Shown in pieces: positions 54,641 to 64,000 of a DNA stretch of 64,000 nucleotides (position 1 is the stretch's first letter; every line of letters starts with the position of its first letter). Location of the stretch: positions 19,406,001 through 19,470,000 of the forward strand of contig OZ241833.1 of assembly GCA_965202585.1 (NCBI GenBank), given 5' to 3'. Made by a program: the position numbers and the translations under genes. Source of the stretch: Thalia democratica (Eukaryota). Below the pieces are notes generated by a model, which searched no databases, had not been told where the DNA came from, and saw only the letters and a list, made by a program, of their open reading frames with translations.

Positions 54641-57600
54641 GTTTAACCTAATGAAGATATTGTGTAGGAATAAAATGAGAAAAGTTATTTTATTGCCATG
54701 TAACTTAAATACTTAAATTTTATAACCCATCATTCGTTTTCGTAAAAAGAAGTTAACCGTAAATCGTTTTGTTTTTAATTAAAAGCCAGAAAAACTCAAA
54801 GGTTTGTTATAAAAAACCAATGCTGACATGAACAAAAGTATTCACAGTATTATTACGGCACAAATTTATAGGGTTAGAAACCAACATCACTTGCAATTGC
54901 TAGTTATTTTAATTTAAAAGATACAAAAGTACTAAGAGTATAATTCTAAGTTAATTAATTTGTTAAGCTTTCAGTTACCCTGCTAAATTCTTTTATCTTT
55001 TATGTATTATCAATACCTAAAAAACCTTTCGAGTACACCGGGACGTATTCGCTAGTAACTTTGAAAGATAATACACGCATAAATTCCATAAGCATTTAGA
55101 AAAGAAGAAGCCTAGAGAGTTTACTGCTCCTTAGTACTAAAATTATTAAAATATAAATTTTTTCAAGGAAATCTAACAAACTTTTTGAAAACAAACCATC
55201 AAGCTAAGCTTATCTTATAAAAATAGCTCATAAGTATTTTTAAGTGTTTTTTAACAATAATAGTAGATATGGTTACAGTGTATACTTTTAACAAAGTGCT
55301 TACCTCTCTATACAAATAGACTAATCTAAGTGTCAGAAAGCTTTAAAGTTTTATTAAAAGCTAAAAATAGTTTCTATTAAAAAAGTGAAATTAAAGTAGA
55401 ATTTTCCGGATTAAAATTTTATTACACACATAACTAATTAATTTTTTTACCTTTTTAATTATTATTTGAATATCCAGAAATTATTGCAAATTTCAAAACA
55501 AAAGAAACAATATTTTTACTGTCATTAAATTTAGTAACATTTTAAAACTGTTTTAAAAAACCCAACCTAAAAATCATACACTTTTCTGTATTTTTAAAAA
55601 ACCGTTACATTATATCAAATACGGTAATTAGCTTACTGAATTGTATTAACACAGGTCTGGATTAATTAACTATCAAGTTCAACCTTATAGTGTTACTAAC
55701 ACATATAGTACCTTATTTTTAAGTTCACTAAAGACTATGTTAATTAATGAATCTAGTAGAACTTAACTATTAAATAAAGATATTTTGTGATTGATATTTT
55801 ATTACAAACTTATATAAGATGTTTGCGTGGTTAAGAAATGAATTTTATTAAATAAATTGAATTAAAATTGTACAAAAACTGCAAGCAATATTACAATAAA
55901 ACAAACTAAAAAATTAAAAATCAACAGAAAAGAGCTGCGCGTATTGTTCAAGCTAAAGTCTAATGAGGAATTTTTTAACGTTTTCTTGAAATAAGTACAC
56001 AATTTCGGCTGACTGTAGCGCCAACAGATGGAAAAATTTTTAGAAATGAAATCGAGAATCGATTTCTATAAAAATCGTAGACATTTGTTTTGGTTTTAAG
56101 CAGTATTTTTTTTTGTAGTTAACTTTTGTCTGGTGGTTTAAAACAGTTGTGAAGTAAAATAAAGTTTTTAAAAATGTAATTTTTAAAAAGTTTCGTCTAA
56201 ATAAGCATACCAAACTCCACAAAAAAAGTTCATTAAGCTTTAATTTGATTAATCAAAATGATCATTTAATGTTCGTATCAATTATTCTAACAAATTTACT
56301 ATTAATGTTATTTAATGCTGTAATATAAAAAAGAAAGCAATTATCAGTTTCAGTTTTTTTTTCAAGTTTAATCATAAATTTAACGTTTTATTACTATACT
56401 ACTAGTAGATTTTTGCATTAATGTATCCGTGATAACTGAAGAAAGGTAATAAATGACGGCTGTTACACAGAGTTAGGTACATCCTTAACACATTAAAGTT
56501 TTAATTTTACTTTTTTTTCAAAGATTGCTTAGTTATGCTCAATTGAATACTAAAACAAAAAGAAAATTACTACCTAAGCTGCTTAAGTAGTATGTTTTTC
56601 TTTAATGAAAAGTTTTGAAATATTTATAAGGTTGAAAGTTTTAACGCTCAGTTAACTACATAAGCACTTACCAAAGCAATTCTACTTGATGTTAAAATAA
56701 TGGCTTATCTATTATGATAATACACATTTATTAATCATTACTATTTTACTGAACATAAAAACAAACAAAAGTACTTTTTCGATCACGCTTATCAGTGTCT
56801 ATACGTGGTTGAAATTTCTGTAGAAGTTTTTATAATTTATTAATTTTTTATAATATATAATATTTATAATTGAGTATTAAAAATAGGAAACTGTTGAGGA
56901 TAATTTCACACCGTAAGCCTAATACCAGAAATTTGAAATTTAAAGAAACTTGTATATCCAAACATATAGTTTAATTCATTGAACTATAATTGATTAACTT
57001 TTTTCTCTATTTAGTAAATTAGTACAGTTGGGTTAAACTTGTATGTCACTGATTAAACGTTTGCTTTATTTTGTTAGTTATTATAGTTGTGTTACATTTT
57101 TTTTTATTTTAAAGGCTCAAATTATTATTTTTTGTTATTACAACAATTTAAACCACGAACTAAATACTTATGAGCGTGGTCGAAAAAGTACTTCTATTTT
57201 TGTTCATGTTCAAAAAGTATTAATTTTACATGTATTCATCTAAGTCATTAAAATTAATTGTGTTTTGTAGTCTCATTATGTTGAATTTAAAACTGTTCGT
57301 AGCTGTATTATTATTATCTTCACGTAGCAAAACGACGTTACTTAAATTTACTTTAAAACCGTTTTATATATTTTAAAGGGTGCACCTTTTTTTTTAATAC
57401 TCTAAGTACAAATAAAAACCTTGGAAAATGCTTTATCGCGCTTTATCTTAATAAAGTTTTACAGTAAGTTAGTTTAAAATTAATTAAAATCTAATTTATA
57501 ACAACAAAACTTTCCTAAAAACACTTATTACTACGCTCAAAAATATTGTAGCATTAAGTTTTTTAACAAATTAAGTTTAGTAAAAACTGAAATAACTAAA

Positions 57601-57760
57601 ACAAAAACTATCTGTATTTACTCAAGTCTGAATGTTCAAAAATTTAATTTTTACTATGACTTCAGTTTTGTTATAACGCATAAAAATAATGTTACAAAGT
57701 AGTCTATTAAAAGATCATATTAACATTTCCAAGTGTAAGGAATTGCGTTAAATCTTTGAA

Positions 57761-57880
57761 GTGTAGTCCTGGACAAGACATTAAAAAGTATCAGTGATGT
57801 ACAACTCGATAACCGAAAGATTCTTCGTGCAACAGGACCTAGGACTAAATATTTTGAGCGTTTTTTTATTGTTCAATAAA
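57761..57880 (+). mobile_element. SINE-like dispersed repeat, copy 4
   Basis: gtgtagtcctggacaagacattaaa...actcgataaccgaaag...ttttgagcg...gttcaataaa. Confidence 0.75.
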
Positions 57881-58947
57881 GTGTAGTAGTAAAAGTTAAA
57901 TTATTTAAATTGAATTAGTCTTTAAAATTATTTTAATAATGCAATTAGTTTCATAACGATATAGGATATAGTTTTTTTTTATTAGTAAGTTTATAAATAT
58001 TACAACAATTAATTATTTGCATAAACCTTGGAAACGATTGTCATTTTCAGAAAAGTGCAGAAAAGTAAAAGTTCTAAAATTGGTATAAACTCTGAAACTT
58101 TAATTACTTCAAAATTTATGATAAAATACTATGTTTGCTTCACCAGTACATCTTAGTAGTTACCTAATTACTTTATGTAGTTTATTTGATTTTAAATAAG
58201 TTATGATATGTTTTCTTACAAAAATTAGAAATAAAACATAAATTAATCTTCATGGCTAGGTTAAATTTAATGTGCAAAAATAAGTTATGAAACTACATAA
58301 TAAGTGTAGTTTTTTTTTAATTTTTAACTAAGTTAAAACATTCTCCTAATTTGATTTTCTGCATACAGAAGAACTGTTTATTATATAATCATTTCATTGC
58401 AATATAACATTTGAATACATATTTTTATAATATTACTCTTCAAAATTACTTGGCATGCCAAGACTGTTTTAAACACTTAGAGCCCTCCAAAGCGTTTTTT
58501 CTAAAATATCTGACTCAATGACTATGAAAGTTGCCCACTCTAGTTTTGGAAGTAACTTGTAAAGACCTTCAGCAGACAAACTAAGTGTTAGACTACTGCT
58601 TGTAATTAAATATCATTCTACTAAATACTGTATTATAAAATATAGGCACAGCAAATGAGTAAATTTTTCCCTATAAAAAAAATAGTCAATAATGTCATAA
58701 AAACTATCTTTTTACATACACAACTGATTTAGAATTTTATCCAGTACAAAAACTCCTCAATTAAATTAAAGTAAAAGTTATTTTAAGAAAACTTTTGACT
58801 AAAAAGAAATAATTTACTTAAAATTCAAAACACTAATAGATAACAACCATTATTTAGATAAATTCTACTTGATACTAAACACTATTAGTTTACAAGTACT
58901 CTAAATACAGAGTATAGGAAAAAACGTAAAATTTAACTTTAGGTAGT

Positions 58948-60006
58948 ATGTTTGGTAAAAAAATGAGTAGATCTTATGCAATGGCTGTTAGGCAAGGTAT
59001 ACAAGACACTGATAGACCAGATGTTATTAGACCAAATGTTGCTGGAGCAGGTGCTGTTGAATTACGTGAACAGGTTTGTGAGCTAAATATTATTAACAAA
59101 TTCACCCCTGGTTTACAAGAATCCATTAGAAAATATTTTAATTCTTTAGATACGTATCAAACAGATTTTTCTAAACTGATTATCGAAATTGATCGCATCG
59201 CTTACGAAATAATATACTCTACGGAATTTAGGAACCTTAAAATTTCAGATACTAATACGGATGAGTTTTTAAATGAGCTTCGTTATACAGTTACAAAAAA
59301 ATTTTGTAATGAAAATTATAGGATTAGGATTAAATTCGATTTCAATTATCGAAACAACAAAATATTTAGTACGTTTGAAGAAAGATGGGAGGGTGGCTAT
59401 AGGTTAAGAAATTGCGCGGGAGTAATATTAAAAAATGGAAACGATATACTATTAGTAGTTACTAGAAAAGACATTTTAAATTTTCCTATTGGAAAAGTTG
59501 TACCCCTAGATGGTAGTAGTCTCAAAAGTACGTCCCTAAGAGAGCTTGCTGAAGAGACCGCACATTTCTGGCGTGAAAAAGACTTAGTAAATCTTACAGA
59601 TTATATTGACTGTACGCATTCGGTTAAATTTAAACGTAACTCAGGAACAAAATATCTTTCTAAATTACATAGGATTTATATTCAGGAAATAAACGATAGC
59701 ATTCGCGGTATAATTGATAAAAAATTTAAACCTAATACCGAAGTTGTAGAATTAAAATGGATAAGTGTAGTTAGATTACGTAATTTTTTCTTTTTAATGA
59801 AAAGGCCACAACTTGAAAAAATATTCTATTGTTCTGAAAAAAAAAAGCAGTATAAAATTGCCGGCTCCGTACAGAAAGTTTTAATTAATTATTCAAGTTT
59901 AAGTCATCTTAAAGCATTAAATTTTAGATTACTAAATGTACAAATAGATACTATACTACCAACTGAATACATTGGCTGGGTGTATGCTCAAATGGCTAAA
60001 TGGTAA
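58948..60006 (+). CDS. Intronless Nudix-hydrolase-domain protein (352 aa), Dcp2/viral decapping-like motif
   Basis: 1059-nt ORF in very AT-rich DNA. CAGVILKNGNDILLVV...NFPIGKVVPLDGSSLKSTSLRELAEETA resembles the Nudix box GX5EX7REUXEEXGU and its preceding beta-strands; late EVVELKWISV matches the usual Nudix C-terminal strand. Confidence 0.8.
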   Translation: MFGKKMSRSYAMAVRQGIQDTDRPDVIRPNVAGAGAVELREQVCELNIINKFTPGLQESIRKYFNSLDTYQTDFSKLIIEIDRIAYEIIYSTEFRNLKISDTNTDEFLNELRYTVTKKFCNENYRIRIKFDFNYRNNKIFSTFEERWEGGYRLRNCAGVILKNGNDILLVVTRKDILNFPIGKVVPLDGSSLKSTSLRELAEETAHFWREKDLVNLTDYIDCTHSVKFKRNSGTKYLSKLHRIYIQEINDSIRGIIDKKFKPNTEVVELKWISVVRLRNFFFLMKRPQLEKIFYCSEKKKQYKIAGSVQKVLINYSSLSHLKALNFRLLNVQIDTILPTEYIGWVYAQMAKW

Positions 60007-62175
60007 AATGTTTGAATGGTTTGGGGTTTTAATTTTATTCGACCATAAGTTTATTTTTATTTTTGATTTTGTTAAACAGTCTTTAAGTTAGTTTTGTGTT
60101 TTTATAAGTAAATAATGTTTTTGTTTTGATTAAAAAGGAGTAATTTGAATTCAAAACCAGTTATTTTGAACCAAAAAAGATAGCATGTTAGCTTTGTGTG
60201 AGAGTTACTAATTGTTAACCTTAAATAAGATTTTCAGGTTTTTTAAACAATATCGCCTCGTAGGCATCTTAAAATGAAATATAAAATATGCAAACCGAAA
60301 ATGAACTATAAAATGTTTGTATTTATTTTAACTAACTTAAATGTTAAAATTATGCACGGAAATTGGATCAGTACAAAGTTTTAAAATAATTATTAATGGC
60401 CTAAAGATTTAAACAAAATTTTAATTTTTTTTAAATCCAAAAATTTCAAATTACTCTTACGACGTTTTGAGATAGAATTGAGGTATTTATGTTGTAATAG
60501 GTTTTACTTTGAAACGTTTTCTGAAGAAAATCTATAAAAAAATATATAGAGATAATAAGCCGGATGCTGTGACGAGCATCTGTCATCTAGTAGCTTGGAG
60601 GCTTAAAATGGACAACATATGTTAATTAAAACGCTGAAATCCATTACTGTACAAAAAGAAAAGAAAATGAAAACATTTAAAAAACTTAAAAAAAAAAGTA
60701 AAAAAAAAAATAAAAAAGAAAACAAAAATCAGTAAAAAAAATATTGAGCGTTTATATATAGTAGCCTATTACAGTTAGTAATTCTTGTATAAAAAGCTTA
60801 TAAGTCAAGTCAAAGTTTTCAAATCTCTTTTATCCAAAGCGTTTTAAATTAGTTGAAGTTGTACCACAGAATAAATTACTAAGCCAAGGCCTAAATCAAA
60901 TTAAATTTTTTTAATTTCACCTTATACTTATCCAATGTCCGTGTATATTTTACATGTAAATTCATTGATAAAATTAAAATTCATTTTGTAGTAGCAAAAA
61001 TATGATGAAAATAAAATACTCATTCATATATTATTTTTTTACTGTTAGTAATTGTTCTTACACAAAAGTAAACATGCTGTCTTGTTTGGTTATAACCGTT
61101 TAACTTTTATAAATTGATGTGGCTAATAGGACCGGTAAACCTGGGGTTGGGAAACGTTTCGAACAAATTTGCTCAAAACTGTTTGAAACTAGTTTTTCCA
61201 ACCCTGGGTGTACCGGTGATACCACCACATAAAACAATGGTAACCCGCACAATTATGCTGACCTCTCCGTGGTGTGCGGACTAGTAGCCTTTTCGTAACA
61301 CAACTTGCTTTGGTTTTAATTGTCATTCATCCTTAAAGTTGTTAATGTGATAAAAATTCTGCAGCCTATAGCAGTTGTATTACGAAATCGTGAAGCTAAC
61401 AGCATATCGGTTTAAAAATAACTAGTTTTAATTTCATCTTAATGCTATATTGTTCAATCAGTTGAATATAAATTTATAGTTTAGCTTAAGTATGATTTCT
61501 ATGTTTTCATCTTACTTACTTATTTTTAAAGTTGTTATTGGTATGGAATTTTTTCAGCACATAAACACTTATTAGTTTAAATCTTTTCCGACTATGTTTC
61601 TTTATTATCATTTGTTGTTCATATATAGGGTTTAGTGTTTTTGGTGTTTTGCATGAAATTTCGGGTCTGGGAGTTTGGTTTGAGAATGTTTTTAAAGTTG
61701 AAAAGTTTTAAAATAGAAAAATTTCAAGCTAAAAAAGTAAAACTGTTTAGTTCTAAGTGAAAATTTGCTTTTTAAAAAAGCAAGAAAAATTCAAATACAT
61801 TCGGGGTAGACTCTGAGGATCGCTTAATTTAATAAATTATGTCTTTATTGTAAAGTAACCAACAAAACTAGAATTTGGAAGAACATTTTATTTCAGACCT
61901 AAATCATTCCTTCAGAAGTCTTTGTGTAGCAAACATGTCTAGTTTATGATAAAGTGTTTTACTTTATTTAACGGTATGTTTTTAATTTATTAAGTATAAA
62001 ATTAAAATAACTATAAAAGAATTAAACAAAAATTGAACGAATACATACTAAAAGTTTTGGGATGAAATATGCTCAACTTAAAATTAAAGCAAATATTTTT
62101 GCTTGTTGACAATATGTGTGACTATTTATATTTTTATAACTAGTTTATATGAAACAATTTGTTCTTTTTGTCAAT

Positions 62176-62244
62176 TGACTCGATAACTGAAAGGTTTTTT
62201 CGTACACCAGGTCCAATAACCAATTTTTTTGTCGTTAGATAAAT
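62176..62244 (+). mobile_element. SINE-like dispersed repeat, 5'-truncated copy 5
   Basis: tgactcgataactgaaaggttttttcgtacaccaggtcc. Confidence 0.7.
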
Positions 62245-62779
62245 AATAATATTGAAACTTCAAACATTTACAGGATGTATTTTTCTTCTAAAAACTTTTT
62301 TTTTGAAGTTTGAATCTATGACTTCTTAGTATCAATATTTCTTCTAGGAGAAGATTTTCGGACTGATAAAACAACAATGTTTAAATTTAGTTGAGTTACA
62401 GTTAAAATTTCTAGATATTTGTATTATTCTAAATCTTTGTTTCCCATTTCTTAAGTCTTTCTAAATTTTATAAGTCAATATCTTCTGACTAATAAATCTT
62501 TATTTTATCTGTTGAAATTTCTTAAAATTACTTATTGTTTTTTCTTATAAAAGTAAATACTTTTATGACGTTTATAACCACGATTTGATAGTGTCAATAT
62601 TCCTTAAAAGTTTTTTATACTGAAACAAACAGCAATGTTGAAATTTAGTTTAGTGGTTAAAAAGGTTCGAGCATTTAATTGTTGACTATCTAACCTGTTC
62701 TTTGTTTCAATCTTACATAAGTCCTTCTAATTGTTATAAATAAGGATTTTGAACAAATAATTTGTTATATTGATAATTC

Positions 62780-63930
62780 TCAAGAGAGTATTTGCATAGT
62801 TTAAATGATTTATCCTATGACTAAGAAGCTATTTTAATATTAAAAATATTTTAAGTATTAGTTTTATTTCCATGTTTTTTTACTGTTTTCACAAGTTGAG
62901 TTATTAACTTAATGTTCTGCAATAGATGAACGTTTAGATTCGTTTATAACCTTGACCGGTATATCATTTTTCTTATCTGAATGGCAAAAATTCTCTTAAT
63001 TTTTTGGTACATGCTCATTTATTCATTTCCTTAGATGTCTTGTCAATAACCAATACAACTTACTGTACAACAGCAACTGTATTGGTTGATTACCATACTT
63101 TTATTTAAGTTTTATACTGAATCTTTACCACCTGGTGTTAGTAGTGGCTTAGAGGTGAAAACAAATCTAGGGTTTGCTGCAGAATAAGTATTTCTTATTA
63201 ATTACCTAATTTTCTTTACTAACATCTCTGAACTTTTATTAATGAATGGAATTTCTACAGTAACTACACATTTTTCCGGTCCTATTGTCTTTATTCTGTC
63301 AAAATTTTTTTTAAATGAATTGTTTGGTAATTAACTCTTGTGGGTAACCGTTTTTGTTTAATAGTAACTTGATCTGTTTGATTTCATTAGTAGCAACTCT
63401 GGGAATAAATTCTGTGCGCACGATGACACAAAGTTCTAATTAGATTTACTTTCCTCTTTAAACTACAGTTTCATTGAAAATTTAAATAACATCCTGCAAA
63501 TGTTTTCTTTCTGTACACCGAAGTTAATAATATTTTTTCTTTTCGTTTAACTTGTCAGTCCAAAAATTCAAGTTCAGCATTGTTTTCTTTTTCTATTGTA
63601 AAACTTATAGAATCATGAACATTATTCTAAATATTAAAAATTCATCCATAATTTTCTCGCTTCTAACAAAAACAAAACAATCATCAACATATATTAGATA
63701 CAATAAATTATTTTTGAAAGCAGGAACAATTTTTACTTCAATAAAACCAATAAATATATTAGCCAATGTTGGTCCCAAGGAGGATCACATGGCTATTCCT
63801 TGTTGTGAATAAATAAAGGAATTTAAACTAAACTTAACGTCAGTAGTTGCAAGCTTTAAAAGTTTTTTAAAATTCATTCTGCTAACTATAGGGTTACTTA
63901 TCTTATACAATGTATAAAACAAACATTAAG
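62780..63930 (-). pseudogene. Decayed Penelope-like retroelement ORF (reverse transcriptase, thumb and GIY-YIG endonuclease)
   Basis: Minus-strand translation with stops and frameshifts: GIAM*SSLGPTLANIFIGFIE; YVDD (63680-63691); SISFTIEKE...LEFLD; SVYRKKTF; KVNLIRTLCHRA; NGYP (63341-63352); NQYSCCC...RHLRK*INEHVPK; SSIAEH (62912-62920). Confidence 0.92.
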
Positions 63931-64000
63931 ACAAAATTAAAGAAATGGAAGCTAATAACACGTTTATGGCGTCAATTGATGTTAAAAGTCTTAATACATA
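63930..64000 (+). mobile_element. Penelope-like RT motif-A fragment in the opposite orientation (runs off the window)
   Basis: DKIKEMEANNTFMASIDVKSLNT resembles the PLE RT 'SFDVKSLFT' motif; short, so less secure. Confidence 0.65.

Noticed and set aside
55920-55960. QQKRAARIV peptide resembling a LINE RT C-terminal motif
   Set aside because: Nine residues flanked by stops, with no further RT motifs nearby.
62325-62745. Two diverged, roughly 260-bp-spaced similar segments, considered as LRR or transposase coding relics
   Set aside because: Similarity is visible at the DNA level but no frame gives a supportable domain call.
63552-63812. 86-aa plus-strand ORF
   Set aside because: Antisense to the decayed Penelope RT.

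Overview
Very AT-rich, intron-rich animal genomic DNA. It is an invertebrate; intron positions match vertebrate GNB1 and ABCG2, so a tunicate or other chordate is plausible, but that is inference. Four protein-coding loci are supported: (1) the 3' eleven exons of an ABCG2-like half-transporter (+, 421-6535); (2) a complete 9-coding-exon G-protein beta subunit of the GNB1-4 class (-, 33326-18381, 341 aa); (3) a BACK-Kelch gene with an absent or degenerate BTB (+, probable join 45236-45419, 47715-49099); (4) an intronless Nudix-hydrolase ORF with a Dcp2/viral-decapping-like FPxGK motif (+, 58948-60006). The rest is dominated by mobile DNA: a Buster-type hAT family (a 3.2-kb element with perfect TIRs and TSD, plus MITEs), a SINE-like repeat in 5 copies, foldback palindromes, and a decayed Penelope-like element at the right edge. 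The most striking unannotated signal is a set of minimal type-I hammerhead ribozymes (31415, 32905, and a head-to-head palindromic pair at 39614/39700). Their stems differ but covary, while all share the same non-canonical core: CUGAAGA-U ... U-GAAAC ... GUU, i.e. U10.1.U11.1 and U17. Also notable are an extreme within-gene GC3 mosaic (about 20% to 93%), a CpG-free block of about 2.9 kb, and GTT-dominated splice donors. No rRNA, tRNA or CRISPR array was recognised. All counts were done by hand.
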